From Eledone cirrhosa (taxonomy: Eukaryota): a DNA stretch of 64,000 nt. Made by a program: the position numbers and the translations under genes. Below the pieces are notes generated by a model. The model was not told the origin of the DNA. It searched no databases and worked only from the letters and a program-made list of their open reading frames with translations. Where the stretch lies: assembly GCA_964016885.1 (NCBI GenBank), contig OZ024742.1, positions 350,300,001 to 350,364,000 of the forward strand, written 5' to 3'. Positions 1 to 16,500 of this stretch are shown here, in pieces; the stretch's first letter is position 1, and each line of letters starts with the position of its first letter.

Positions 1-42
1 ATAGAAGAAAGGAAAGGCACAGAAACGAAGAAAGAAATCCCC

Positions 43-87
43 AGTCACTGAAGAGGTCACAGAGTGTGTGACGAAAGAACTATGACT
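43..87 (+). ncRNA. Minimal type I hammerhead ribozyme motif
   Basis: AGTCA-CTGAAGA-gGTCAC agagtgt GTGAC-GAAA-gaac-TA-TGACT: stem I AGTCA/TGACT, CUGANGA and GAAA cores, stem II GTCAC/GTGAC, minimal stem III, followed by (TA)n. Confidence 0.7.
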
Positions 88-297
88 ATATATATATAAA
101 CAACTATCTGGTTGTGGAACCAACCAACCAACCAGAAATTTATAAATTTGTAAATTTATAAATATATAATAAATTAAATTGAAGTGAAACAACTGGTGCG
201 TGTGTTTCTTATTGGCAACATGACCCTCCCAAAGTATAACAATATCGGTTTCAACACACGATTTCAGATAAAGAATCTTGCTAAACAAATTCAGAAA

Positions 298-365
<68 letters not shown>

Positions 366-698
366 AATGTGAAATGGGCGAAAATTGTCTGATACAGGCA
401 AAAGGGTAGCACTGATTGTCATGAAAATGTACCGAGGAAGCGACAGGTCTACTTGGGGTTCTCTAAATTGAAAAGTGTGGTCTCTAGGGCCAAAAAACGG
501 TCTTTTTCTATCGATTTTACCTCTCTATAGTTTCTTACCTTTACACTCTCCGTCGCTCTTCCCTCTCTCTATAATAGATCATTCCCCTCTCTATAATTCA
601 ACTGCTTTACTCTCTCTGTCGCTCTCACTCCCTATATGACAACACTGCAGAGAGAGATAGACCGTCAGACAGAGAGAGGTACAATTAAAGTGTTAGAT

Positions 699-781
<83 letters not shown>

Positions 782-870
782 GACCATCAAACTTTAGTTT
801 ACTTTCAGTAACGTGTTATATATCTTTGATCTGTCGTCGCTCGCATACCACACACACACATATACACGAT

Positions 871-2810
871 GCTTATATATAGCATACGTCGTGTGTGTAT
901 GTATGTATGTATGTATGTATGTATGTATGTATGTATGTATGTATGTATGTATGTATCCTACACACCTCCCTATACTATTTAACCTAAAATACTTTTATAT
1001 CCATCTCTTAGTGAAGCATTTTCAATTAATTATACGTAAACATGACATTAATTTTTCGCTTTTAGCTTAGCATTTTACATTCAATGCCTCCTTTTTAAAT
1101 GCAACTTTTTATTGAAACGACTACGTACTCTCAGTGATTTCAACGACGCGGTGTTCAATGAGGCCCTCATTGACATGGACAACCATCTTAAAGCTCTTGG
1201 AGTTGGCGGTGTATCTGATTTCGGTTTGCCACAACCTCGAAACACTCACAGTGCTTTAGATGTGGAGTTCATGCGTGAGTCAAATTACAACATCGACGAT
1301 ATGACACATCACGTAGCTCAGGACGAACCCAGACTTTTGCATGACCAGAGACGGGCATATGACAGAATTCCATCCAGTGTCAATTCAAATGAGGGACGGC
1401 TATTTTTCCTGGATGCTCCTGGCGGAACAGGAAACATTTTCTCATCAACCTTTTGCATGCGAAGCTACGAAAAGACAAGCGGATTGCTTCAGCGGTCGCC
1501 TCCAGTGGTAATGCGGCGACATTGTTACATGGCGGTCGTACGGCACACTCCGCATTCAAATTACCTTTGGACATTGCAAAGAAGGAGAAACCTACATGTA
1601 GAATAGATCGTGGCGACCCTAAAGCACATCTTTTTTCTGAGTGCTGCCTGATCATATGGGACGAGGCTACCATGAGTCACAAGGCGGCCTTTGAGGATCT
1701 GGATCAAACTCTCAAGGACTTTCGTCGGAACTCACGCGTCATGGGTGGATCGACAGTACTGCTGGCTGGCAATTTCCGACAGACTCTTCCTGTTAACACT
1801 AGAGACACTAGAGCTGACGAAGTGAACGCATGCATCAAGTCGTCCTACGTATGGCAGTATGTCCACAAACTACATCTGACTACCAACATGAGAGTGCATG
1901 TGCATGGTGACGCAGACTCCATCGATTTCTCAAAACATCTACTGGAAGTTGGTAATGGAACTACACCTGGAGTGGATGAAGAGGATATCCGTTTGCCTTT
2001 TGGAAACTTTGTGTCAAACATTGACGAATTAATGTCATCTGTATTTCTAGATCTTGAATCACGATTCCATGATCAGACCTGGCTGAAAGGGAGAGCTATT
2101 TTGGCACCACACAATGCCACGTGATGAACCAAAAACTACTCGATCAGATTCCCGGAAATGAAGTCTCCTTCAAGTCGATTGACACCAATAAAAACGCGGA
2201 CGACGCCGTCATCTACCCAATTGAATTCCTCAACAGTCAATTACCTCCAGGACTTCCTCCTCATGATCTGAAACTGTAGGTTGGTGTGCCAGTTCTGCTG
2301 CTGATAAACCTCGATGCACCAAAACTATGCAACAGAACGCGTTTAATCATCAAAAAATAAGGACCCAAATTCTGGACACAACCATTTTGAGCAGACCCGC
2401 TGCTGGCGTGACCAGGTTAATTACCCCTATGAGCCTTAGTCCCTCTGACGTCTCCTATAAATGTACGCGACGGCAGTTTCACATAAAACTCTTCTTTGCA
2501 ATGAGCATTAACAAATCACAAGGACAATCGCTGCAAGTGGTTTGCCTAAATCTAACACAGCAGGGATTTTACAATGGTCAACTATACGTCGGATGCTCCC
2601 GCGTCGGCAGTCCACACAATCTCTTCATTTGTGGTAATCCGGGCAACGCCAGGAACGTTGTCTACAATGAAGCCCTGCAATAACATGTTTGAACTCTACT
2701 CTACCCAACGTCTCTCTGTCAAACCACTCTCTTCACGTCGCCCCTCAACTTATGAACTTAATAAAAAGTGGCCCCGAGTAGCCCCGAGTGCAACCGGGCT
2801 CAGCTGCTAG
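871..2810 (+). mobile_element. Helitron deletion derivative carrying the PIF1 helicase C-terminal region
   Basis: 3' end has a GC hairpin (2780-2800) then CTAG (2807-2810) followed by T. The 5' end is tentative: GCTTATATATA at 871 resembles the TCTTATATATA starts of the other Helitrons and precedes a (TATG)n tract. Confidence 0.8.
1112..2683 (+). pseudogene. Helitron RepHel PIF1-family helicase, frameshifted with stops
   Basis: Motifs FFLDAPGGTG, ASSGNAATLLHGGRTAHSAFKLP, IIWDEATM, GNFRQTLP, RAILAP, AMSINKSQGQSL and QLYVGCSRV, split across ORFs 1112-1606, 1453-2124 and 2327-2683. Confidence 0.93.
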
Positions 2811-3439
2811 TATATATATACATATATAAGCGTGACGTAGAAATGTCATGGTGTTTTTCTAAAGTCTGTCGTCATCACTTTCACACGTCATGAACGTTTC
2901 ATCTCTTTTACACACACACACTCTCTCTTTCTGTATTTCTCTCCTTTCTCTCAACATCAACATCAACATCATCTTCAACAACAACAAAAACAACCTGTCA
3001 TTATCGTGAACATCTTTTTTTAAACTCTGTCGTTATCAATTTCATTCTCGCATCATTATCAATCCATCTACCTTTCCCACACACGTACACACACTCTCTC
3101 TCACTGCGTTTTTTTCTCAACAACAATGTCTTTCGACTACTACCCTTTCTCTCTACTCCTACATATATGTTGTAACGGACAGCCAGAGGGAAGAAACAGC
3201 CTTTCTTTTATAATATAGATTAGCGTAGTGAAATATTTTACCGTTTCTATTAAGCAATATAGTTTTCTTTTGTTGGCCACGTCAAACTCCTGACAGATCC
3301 ACCACAAAAATAAACAACAGATTGATACTATCATTATGTTTACCAAAGCCGCTAAGTCTTTTTTTAAAAGTATTAAATAGGTTTATTTACAATAGTTTAT
3401 AACTTTGCCTATTAATCCGTATGGTGAGCAAATGGGGTT

Positions 3440-3640
3440 CTACGTGCTGGCCTCCCCACAGCCCCGGCGGACAGGATGGAGAAGGTGCGTTTACCCGGAG
3501 GATGGTAAGGGAGAGGCGCTGGAAGAGCCATTCCAACACGCAAGGCTCACACCTGCGGCTGGCCAGCTCAACGCCTATTGTGGTGAATAAGGAGGTAGCA
3601 CTAGGGCCGAGGACACCAGAAGTCTCCACTGCCAAAGTCG
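3440..3640 (-). mobile_element. CRE-type non-LTR retrotransposon 3' fragment (restriction-like endonuclease C-terminus)
   Basis: Minus strand reads LAVETSGVLGPSA...WLFQRLSLTILRVNA, matching the typical CRE C-terminal pattern; paralogous to 10690-10895. Confidence 0.7.
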
Positions 3641-3889
3641 TTGGTTCTATCAGTAATACAATGACTATTGTCATTTACACATTCATCTGCCATTCCAGCG
3701 CAAGACTCTCAACGACATTCTCTTGCATGAAGAATTCCAAAAGACACAAATATCAACCGTTTAAACTAATTCCAGTGTTTTCTTCTTTCAAACACGGATG
3801 AAAGAAACCTAAACAACTAAAACTAAATATCACAATGATTCTGTCTCACGCTCTACCGACCAAGTCGAACCCTGCCTTTCAAAATCAGA

Positions 3890-4036
3890 GCATAATGGGT
3901 TCTGATTTAGCCATAAGGTCAACAATTTTAGGGGAGGGGAAATTCGATTAAATCGACCATCAGTGCGTTAATGGTAATTCATTTCATCGAACCCGTAAGG
4001 ATGGAAGGCAGAGCTAACTTCTGCCTGAATTAGAAT
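3890..4036 (-). mobile_element. Degenerate tRNA-derived SINE
   Basis: Matches the SINE body (atcgaacccgtaaggatggaaggc) repeated through the window. Confidence 0.6.
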
Positions 4037-4113
4037 ACATTAATTACTCTTTTACATAGATATAATGGTGTTGTATGGTATATATTGGAAGTCAACGTTG
4101 TTATTAAGTAGAA

Positions 4114-4114
4114 A

Positions 4115-4187
<73 letters not shown>

Positions 4188-4215
4188 GCTACTACTACTA
4201 CTGCTGTTGCTGCTG

Positions 4216-4301
<86 letters not shown>

Positions 4302-4302
4302 C
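4114..4302. repeat. (ACT)n/(GCT)n microsatellite
   Basis: Trinucleotide run seen directly; explains the poly-T, poly-V and poly-L ORFs. Confidence 0.95.
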
Positions 4303-6070
4303 CTGTTACCATTTAGAGAAGATATGTATATCAGTTGGTTGTTGTCTCACACATTTCTGGTATTTATTTTATCGCGTGTAAAGTGTAAAAGCAAACCGGC
4401 AGCATTTTAGCATTTCAGTATACAAAGGGAGGTAACTAAATGAAAGCAAACACTTTCCTCGGCCTTCTGACATTTCTACATCAGCTTTTATCACCCTTAA
4501 TATAAAACTAAGAACAATTTAAAGCTTTATTGTACTTCTCTGCATTATGACCCGACTTTAATGTTGACTAAGTACATTATATAATTCTACAACCACATTT
4601 ATTATTATATATGCGTTGAGTATTGTATTGCGTTTCTCAAACATCTCAAGTCTATGATAGCATAAGCCTCTTATCTTCAGCAATTCTAGACACTTCATGT
4701 TCAATATGTCATTATTATTTACGTTATTGATAATAGCAAAGTTAGTTGGCTTTCACATTTAGTTTTACCGTCAGGTGAAACTAAATGTTTATTTTACGAA
4801 TCGGTAACTTCTGGTGGAGTCAGAGAAGCACCGTAGTGACATACAGTGTTTCTTAGGACTTCTAAATCTGGTAGAGCCCATTCCTTCCCAGGTATGGGAG
4901 AGTGGGTGAAAGAGGAAGTGAGAAAGAGATATAAAGTAAGAATTGATAAAGTATTGATCTGGTGCATTGTTATTGACTTAGCATGAAAGGCAAAGTGGTA
5001 TAGAAGTTTTAAGGTGTGTTAGAAGGCTAATGTGATGGGATGTGATCGTGGTGAAATGAGTATGAAGTGTCTCACACATGTGTGGAGGCAGCGTTGGATT
5101 TAGACCCTGGGGAGCCCTCTCATATACAGAGAATTACAATACACAGTAAACGCCTCAATGTTAGCTTGGAGCATGTAATTGGAATTGAAAACTTATACAT
5201 ACAGGTATTAAATGAAATAGTTCTAAGCATCCTAAAACTAAAAAGCCCAGCTGAAGGCACAAATAAATTGCTACGGCCGTTGCTGGTGAGGCCCTCAGTG
5301 CAGGCGACCCAGGGCAATACCCCCCCCCCCATTAAATCCGGCCTTGTGTGGAGAGATTGCCCTGCTTGTTCATCATGTTTTCTTATAGATTATAACATTT
5401 TAAATTATTTCTATAACAATATATATATATATTCTATGTTTCATATGAATCCAATATTTAACATTTCCACTAAATTATTCAATGTCGCTTAACTTAATTA
5501 CGTTTTGATATTACTTATAATCACACTTCAGAAAACCCTTTAAATAATATAATATAATATAATATAATATAATATAATATAATGTAATGTAATGTAATAT
5601 AATATAACCTTGAGCCAATCCTCTGCGAAACGTGCGTAACATGTCGATACACAAATATGCTTTTTATGTAAACGAAACTTACTTGTATTTTTCTAATATA
5701 TATACTCTGTCTGTGCATAGTCCTTGCATTAGTAGCTTTTCTGTGCAATTAAATATCCTATCGTGTCGGGAATTTAGAAGGTCCTTTCCGGTCGTTATTT
5801 TAATTATCTCCACCAAACATAATTCACAGAGCCGTCATTTATTCCGGTATGGACGGGCGAATTTTAGCACGGATCATTGTAGTGTGTATTCAGTATTAGC
5901 GCGTTTCAGATCCCTGATGTTTTTCGCAGGGCTGTAGATCTAGCTAAACTGGGATTTTTAAATGTGTGGGTGTGCACATACCATCTTTTCTTGAAAATAT
6001 TTGAAGTGGCACTCACATATTTATATATCCTCAGTTTAGATTTGACCACACGTTGGTAAAATATATTTTT

Positions 6071-7065
6071 CTACAAGCATTTACCCGATAGAGGAGAATT
6101 GCTGGGATTTCTGCGGTTGCAGTTTGTCCGTCTATAGTGTGTGGTTTCCTCCCTGGTTCCTGTGTTGTGGGTGTTATTCCGGGTATTTTGTTGTTGCTCC
6201 GGATATGCGCGTAAAGTGGAAGAGATGTTGGTATTTGTGGGTGCCGGTCTGCTAAGTGTTGGAGGCTGCGATTGTTGCTGAGGGTTCAGAGTATGTCCGG
6301 GTTTCCGTTGGGTTTTGGTATTGCTATACCTGCCGAGGTGTTTGTTATTCAATTTCATGATGAAATTGACCAGGTTAGCTGTGGTGGAATATAATAGTCG
6401 GATCGTGTCTCTATTTAGTATTCTGTATAATTTGTGTGTAAGAATAAAGTGTTCGTCTATAAGTTTCAAGAAAAGATAGGATAGCTTAGTAGATACCAGA
6501 TCATCATGTGAAGGATAATACCATAGGTATGATTTTGTGCGGGACTTCCTTGGTGTTTTCTTATTTGCAGTATTATTTTTGTCCCGACACTGTGGGGCTT
6601 TGAGCCGGTGGTATTTAAATTCGCAAATTTTGTGTGGTATGTTTGTGATGTTTTCCTATTGGAGTGGTTGGACCCCACCACCTGCATTGTGTATCTGGAA
6701 GAAATTTTAATGATTCACCATAACCGGCCCTGAGTAGAGCAGCGTTGTAGTAGTCTACGTGTGTGTTGAAAGAGGATTCAGAGGCAGACAATCTGGAGAT
6801 CCTAAGGGATACGTTTTTTACAACGGAGTTAGTGATAGTCCTAGGATGGTTAGACCAACGATTAATATAGTTTAAGTTATCAATAAATTTATGGAAAGTT
6901 TCGTACATGCCAGAGTTAAGGTCAAAAGTCACATCTAAAAAGATGATGGGTTTAAGGTTATGGTCAAAAGATATTTTAAGGCCCATGCGTTCAAAGAATC
7001 ATCTAATAGCTTTCCTTCTTCTTTCCAATTGCTGACCATTGAAGTTCTTAACGAGGTTAGGGAAT
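6071..7065 (-). pseudogene. Penelope-like element (Naiad-type) RT/thumb/linker fragment
   Basis: FLDVTFDL, YINRWSNHP, VKNVSLRISRLS, HKLYRILNRDTIRLLYSTT and CN..NP...PLSGKCL; homologous to ORF 61368-62309; frameshifted. Confidence 0.85.
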
Positions 7066-7159
7066 TCTAGATGCAACATTGTGTATGAGATATGTTCCTA
7101 CAAGATCCGTAACGAGTAATTCGTGTATGTATGAATACATGCATGTTATTATTATTATT

Positions 7160-7357
7160 AGGGCGATGAATTGGGAGAATCAATAGAACAAAGATAACAT
7201 TTCTTAAGATTTTCCTCATGTTACAGCTTTTAGGGTCTGAGTGGTTGAATTTAATTTCGTCCTCCTGCGGTGGATAAAATGATATACCAGTCAAGTGGTG
7301 AGTGGATTTAATCGACAAGCGAGAAAATTGCTGGCAGTGTGCCCACGTTAGAAACTA
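7160..7357 (+). mobile_element. Degenerate tRNA-derived SINE
   Basis: ggcgatgaattggg head and ttgctggcagtgtgcc..tagaaac tail, as in the intact copies. Confidence 0.55.
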
Positions 7358-7549
7358 TTACTAGGAGAATCAGGAAGACAGGGAAGAAGAAATAGTTTAA
7401 TTCACAATACACGTTTTACACGTATTGTTGAGTTGCACTTTAAGCAGGTTAGAAAATAACAAACAAACAATATATGCCCTTGTGTAATACATAAATGTAA
7501 AAAAATATTACATCTAGCTCACACTTAGGGTATCAAGTCTATCTTGCTT

Positions 7550-8840
<1,291 letters not shown>

Positions 8841-9000
8841 GTAGGTCCCGGGTTGAGTCGGGGATAACCACAGTAAGTAAGGTACTCAATACATGGCAGA
8901 GTAAAATTTTTTTATTTTATAGAAGGAGCTTCTACAGGACTAGTACTGTTTCATTCAGATCTGAATGAAACAGTATGATCTGAATGAAACAGTACTAGTC

Positions 9001-9005
<5 letters not shown>
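8841..9005. mobile_element. PLE-terminus fold-back element, family A (partial HHR)
   Basis: Minus arm homologous to 9965-10075; palindrome TACAGGACTAGTACTGTTTCATTCAGA|TCTGAATGAAACAGTA with a short internal duplication; flanked by (TA)n. Confidence 0.75.
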
Positions 9006-9092
<87 letters not shown>

Positions 9093-9361
9093 ATATATAT
9101 ATATATATATACACACACATCACATTGGCACATGTCATTGTAGTGAATAATCCAACAAATCTTAGTATTGCAACCAACTTCTGTTTGTTGTATCTCCGAT
9201 ACTAGAATATAGCTTGTCACTGTTAAAACTCACATGTGTAACTTTTTTAATTCACACAGCTTTCAACCAAGTGTGAACTTATTGCTGAAGAATTTATTAA
9301 TGTATATCCGCAGAGATTCTCTTTTATTATTTGTATATTCATAAGTACACACACACGCGCG

Positions 9362-9447
<86 letters not shown>

Positions 9448-9471
9448 TACACACCCACACCCACACACACA

Positions 9472-9549
<78 letters not shown>

Positions 9550-9574
9550 ATATAAGTTTATCCCGATAAATATT

Positions 9575-9792
<218 letters not shown>

Positions 9793-9803
9793 GAGAGAGA
9801 GAG

Positions 9804-10080
9804 AGATGAGATTCTACAGGACTAGAACAGTTTCATTCTTTAGAAATCATCAGGAATCTGGCTTTCCAAATATAAATGTAGTGGTATTTATATCTTTTCA
9901 GAAAAGATATAAATACCACTACATTCTTTTTGGAAAGCCAGATTCCTGATGATTTCTAAATAATGAAACAGTTCTAGTCCTGTAGAATCTCATCTATATT
10001 AAAACTTTTATACTCTGCTATGTTTTGAGTACATTACTTACTGTGGTTACCTCCGATTCAATCCGGAATAACTTACCTAT
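9804..10080. mobile_element. Family A fold-back element: ~190 bp palindrome plus 3' tail
   Basis: Arms 9804-9899 and 9901-9995 centred on 9900, each containing an HHR; the right arm continues into a tail shared with 8841-8930 and 43820-43906. Confidence 0.85.
9940..9990 (+). ncRNA. Type I hammerhead ribozyme motif
   Basis: AGATTC-CTGATGA-tttctaaataat-GAAA-CAG ttctagtc CTG-TA-GAATCT; stems I and III pair, stem II is weak; mirror copy on the minus strand at 9809-9859. Confidence 0.8.
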
Positions 10081-10689
10081 CTCTCTCTCTATATATATAT
10101 ATATATAAACGCACTCACACACACATATCTATCCATGTGACGTTTACATGAGGGTAAAGAGTTCTCAAAACCTAAGTAGATTTTTAATATTCATTTTATT
10201 ATGGCTAAATAGTGAGCTTTGTTACACTGGAGTTTCGCCTGAATCTCTCTCTCTCTCTCTCTCATATTTATATATATTCTCTTTCCAATTTCTATGGCTG
10301 TGGCGCCATTTACATGTTATTCACCAATCTTTCGATATTGCAAATATCAGCCATATTCTTGGGTTATATTAGGTTAAATTACTAATGTATGGATATAAAA
10401 TAAACATTATTCAAAAACGCACCAGACAGATTATGTTTAGATATTTTAAGTCACTCCTCACAATGCAGCAAGTAACCAGCAAAATATCTCCAGAAAACAA
10501 GGAACAAAACACAACATGTCATAAGACTGCCGTTGAAATCTGCGCAGATGATTTCTAAGGATAATTATTATACCTATTTCTAGGGATTAGTTTAACAGCA
10601 GATAAAATAAGTAGAATGAATCATAATTAAATGGGCGATGTCTAAAAACATCTGACTGACGAAATGACAAGTCAGTCAATCATAATGAT

Positions 10690-10895
10690 GGCATCCCCAC
10701 AGGCCCGGCGGACAGAATAGAGAAGGCGTTTCTCTAGAGGGCGGCAAGGGAGACGCGCTGGAAAAGCTATTCCAGGTCGCGAGGCTCGCACCTGCGGTTG
10801 GCCAGCTCAGCGCCTTTGGTGACGAGTAGGGAGGTAGCCTTAGGGCCGAGTGTACCAGAAGTCTCCACTGCCAAGCGTACAACCGCAAACCTGTC
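10690..10895 (-). mobile_element. Second CRE-type endonuclease fragment
   Basis: RFAVVRLAVETSGTLGPKA...RRCEPRDLE*LFQRVS; similar at the DNA level to 3440-3640. Confidence 0.7.
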
Positions 10896-12340
10896 AGAGA
10901 GCGACCGGTATTTTATTATACCTGTTAGAGATTGATGAAGAAAGATGTGAGTTTCATGAGACAGTGGTTCAGAGAAAGAAACTGCGAAATTAGAAACTAT
11001 TCTTAGAAAAAACCACCAGAGTGACAGGATGAGAATTAGCAGAGATTTGAGATAGTTAGCAACATTTGGATGAGGGAAGAGAGGAATATTTATACAATAG
11101 AGATAAAAGACAGTGTCCCGATGATAAGGGAGGTAATGGTGTTTAGCTGCTATAATAGGCACGTGCTGTTATGAAACTGATTTTGATTTAGGCGAATGAT
11201 AATGACCAGCTTAGAAGAGCCAAACATTTCTAACAATAGAGTTAATACATACAGCTAACCTTAGATTGGAGAGAGGACAGTAGAATAAGCAAATATATGG
11301 TCCCTTAGGTCTGAAGTTACATGATTTACTGCGGCGAATCACCTGCAATCTTTGTTAACACAAAATGTCTCAGTCGAAACTTTGGTTTAAATTTACTTTT
11401 AGACAGTTCGATGACAATTCACTCTCTATATACAGTTACAACGATTGATTTGAACCTTAAATGTATTTCTGACAACCAGAGTTACTCTTAGCTTCGTTCC
11501 TAGACGACCCAGATCGTTAACTTGCTGATCACCACCTGCCCTATCTATAACTAAATTGACAACAAATCATTGTCTACAGACGCCACTCCGGCTGCTGTGA
11601 GATGACTTCTATTCGTTTCCCATCTGATGTGAAATGATCAAAGCTAAAACAAATAACTTTCAACAATCATGTCAAACAAGCTGTGACGTAGTCCATTGTT
11701 GTTACAATACTTAGCACCAGATCAATCTTCATCGGACAGTTTTGTGGACAGTCGCTTTACAACCGTTCTGATTCTGTTATTATCTCTAAAGAGATTGCAC
11801 AATGAAACACGTTATAAAACGTATTATTTTATTCAAAAACAGTAGTAGGCTGTCAATTGTAGCAGACTAAACGACCACATACAGGTTACAATGTAAGTGA
11901 ATACGACAAATCAAAATGATGTACTGTGATACTATTTACCATAGAATGATTTTATTTTCCTGTTTTAGCTAGACGAAATATGGTAGCCAACATGAAGAAC
12001 CAGGCTTGAAAGACGTGGCACGCTATTTAGCAAAATTATAATTAATAATGGAATTCAATTCCACCATATTATATTTGATAGTCTAGCTTCCAAACCAGGA
12101 GGAAATTATTCTCTCATCTTTTAAACATTATAGACACTAATGTTATGTACACAAGAAATGGACAACACAACAGCAGAAATTTAAGAAACGACACATACAG
12201 CCATATATATATATATATATAAATATATATATATATAAATATGTGGTTGTGTGTGTGTGGTGGGTGTATGTATAAAAAGCATACATAAGCATAAAGTTGC
12301 AAATACAAATTTAGAAGTTACAGTTACAGTTGCACATACA

Positions 12341-12398
<58 letters not shown>

Positions 12399-12522
12399 CA
12401 AGGGAAAGCAAATAAAGAAAACATTTAAAAATATATTTCAAAAAATTCACTGTACTTCGGACTATACTTGTATCCCTATGTGTATTATGTACATGTAGGA
12501 ACACATACTTTTATTATATATA

Positions 12523-12624
<102 letters not shown>

Positions 12625-12686
12625 TGTGCGTGTGTGTGTGTGTATTTGTTTGTGTGCGAAGAAGTGTATATACACATATATATCTT

Positions 12687-12736
<50 letters not shown>

Positions 12737-13110
12737 ATATATATTATATATATATATATTATATATATATATATATATATTATCTATATATACATACAGA
12801 AACACGTGCACATATACATATTTCAATCATACACATACACATATATACCTATACATCAACACATACACAAACTCACGTATGCATACATTTAAACACATAC
12901 ACACACGCGTGTGTGTATGTATATGTGTGTGTATATGAATTGCTTATCAATCGACCAGCAATTACAGGAGAGAGTGTCCGTCAGATGGTCTGTTTATGCT
13001 ATTGTTAATTTCTATTCAGACACAAGGAATAATAATCGAATGAGAAATACTTTTTTCCTCCCATCAAAAGTGATTTATCAAAAAACATCTCCAAAATCTA
13101 ATTTAGTTTG

Positions 13111-13530
13111 CATACACAATATGATCGAGATCTTTGTATTGTTTATCTCTATATACTACCACCACTACCACCTCTACTACCACAGCTACTGACACCACTA
13201 TATATACTACCACCTCTACTACCACAGCTACTGACACCACCATATATACTACCACCTCTACTACAACTACTGACACTACCATACACAATATGATCGAGAT
13301 CTTTGTATTGTTTATCTCTATATACTACCACCACTACCACCTCTACTACCACAGCTACTGACACCACTATATATACTACCACCTCTACTACCACAGCTAC
13401 TGACACCACCATATATACTACCACCTCTACTACAACTACTGACACTACCATACACAATATGATCGAGATCTTTGTATTGTTTATCTCTATATACTACCAC
13501 CACGACCACCTCTACAACCACAGCTACTGA
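13111..13530. repeat. 169-bp tandem repeat (~2.5 units)
   Basis: CATACACAATATGATCGAGATC recurs at 13111, 13280 and 13449. Confidence 0.9.
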
Positions 13531-16500
13531 CACCACCATATATACTACCACCTCTACTACTACAACTACTGACACCACCATATATACTACCACCTCTACT
13601 ACATCTACTGACACCACCGTATATACTACCACACCTACTACAACTACTGACACCACCTATATACTACCACCTCTACTACCACGGCTACTGACACAACCAT
13701 ATATACTACCACCTCTATTACAACTACTGACCCACCATATATACTACCACCTCTACTACAGCTACTGACACTACCATATATACTACCACCTCTACTACAA
13801 CTACTGACACCACCATATATACTACCACCTCTACTACAACTACTGACACCACCATATATACTACCACCTCTACTACCACGGCTACTGACAACACCATAAA
13901 TACTACCACCTCTATTACAACTACTGACACCACCATATACACTACCACCTCTACTACAACTACTGACACCACCATATACACTAGCACCTCTACTACAGCT
14001 ACTGACACCACCATATATACTACCACCTCTACTACAACTACTGACACCACCATATACACTACCACCTCTACTACAACTACTGACACCACCATATACACTA
14101 GCACCTCTACTACAGCTACTGACACTACCACATATACTAAAACCTATAGCACTAATACAGCTACTGTCACCAACACATATACTACCACCTCTACCACCTA
14201 CTAACACCACCATATATAAACTACCACCATTAATACAACTATTACCATCACTAATACCACTATTACCACAACTAATACTACTATTACCACAACTAATACT
14301 ACTGTTACCACCGCTAATACTACTATTACCACCACTAATACTACTATAACCACCACTAATACTACTATTACCACCATTAATACTAATATTACCACCACTA
14401 ATACTACTATTACCAGCACTAATACTACTACTACCACCAACACTAATACTACTACTACCACCACCACTAATACTACTACTAGCACCACTAATACTACTAT
14501 TACCACAACTAATACTAATATTACCACCACTAATACTACTATTACCACCACTAATACTACTATTACCACCACTAATACTACTGTTACCACCACTAATACT
14601 GCTACTACCATCACTAATACAAATACTACCACCACTAATACTACCATTACCCCCTATAATACTGCCATTACCACCACTAATAATACTATTACCACCACTA
14701 ATACTACTATTACCACCACTAATACTACTATTACCACCACTAATACTACTATTACCACAACTAATACTACTATTTCCACAACTAATACTACTGTTACCAC
14801 CACTAATACTACTATTACCACCACTAATACTACTATTTCCACAACTAATACTACTGTTACCACCACTAATACTACTATTACCACCACTAATACTACTATT
14901 TCCACAACTAATACTACTATTACCACCGCTAATACTACTATTACCACCACTAATACTACTGTTACCACCACTAATACTACTATTACCACCACTAATACTA
15001 CTATTACCACACTAATACTACTATTTCCACAACTAATACTACTATTACCACCGCTAATACTACTATTACCACCGCTAATACTACTATCACCACTAATACT
15101 ACTACTACCACCATTAATACTACTATTACCACCGCTAATACTACTATTACCACACTAATACTACTATTTCCACAACTAATACTACTATTACCACCGCTAA
15201 TACTACTATTACCACCACTAATACTACTGTTACCACCACTAATACTACTATTACCACCACTAATACTACTATTACCACACTAATACTACTATTTCCACAA
15301 CTAATACTACTATTACCACCGCTAATACTACTATTACCACCGCTAATACTACTACCACCACCACTAATACTACTGTTACCACCACTAATACTACTATTAC
15401 CACCACTCTTACTACTATTACCACCAGTAATACTACTGTTACCACCACTAATACTACTACTAACACGACAAATACTACTACTATCACCACTAATACTACT
15501 ACTACCACCATTAATACTACTATTACCCCCACTAATACTACTGTTACCACCACTAATACTACTACTAACACGACAAATACTACTGTTACCACCACTAACA
15601 CTAGTATTACATCCACTAATAGTACTGTTACCACCACTAACACTACTATTACCCCCTCTAATACTACTACCACCACCACTAATACTACTGTTACCACCAC
15701 TAATACTACTACCACCACCACTAATACTACTGTTACCACCACTAACACTAGTATTACATCCACTAATAGTACTGTTACCACCACTAACACTACTATTACC
15801 CCCTCTAATACTACTACTACCACCACTAATACTACTGTTACCACCACTAATACTACTACCACCACCACTAATACTACTGTTACCACCACTAACACTACTA
15901 TTACCCCCTCTAATACTACTACCACCACCACTAACACTACTATTACCCCCTCTAATACTACTACCACCACCACTAACACTACTATTACCCCCTCTAATAC
16001 TACTACCACCACCACTAATACTACTGTTACCACCACTACCATAACACCATCCATTTCAAGTCCTATAAATAAATAAACGGAAATTAAATAAGCCTAATAA
16101 CATTACCATAACCATCACCACACCCCCACCACCACCATCACCACCACCATCACCATTACCACCATCATCACCATCATCATCATCACCACCATCACCATCA
16201 TCACCAGCATCATCATCAAACCACCTTCTCACCACACCACCACCATCACCATCACCACCACCACTACCACCATGACCACACCACCACCATTAACACCATT
16301 ATCACCAGCACCAACACCATCAACACACCACCACCACCACCATCACCACAAAACCACCACACCATCGCGACACCACCACCACCATCACCACAACACCACC
16401 ACCATCACTACAACACCACCACCACCATCACAGCACCACCACCACCACCATCACCATCACCACCACCACCACCATCACCACCATCATCACCATCATCATC

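Noticed and set aside
5620-5652. GAAA-CGTG..CATG-TC half-hammerhead; a similar half motif lies at 29376-29395
   Set aside because: There is no upstream CUGANGA or stem I partner, so at most it is a truncated remnant.
11892-11968. Possible short plus-strand intron (GTAAGT...TTTTAG)
   Set aside because: The flanking frames close quickly and give no recognisable protein, so support is insufficient.
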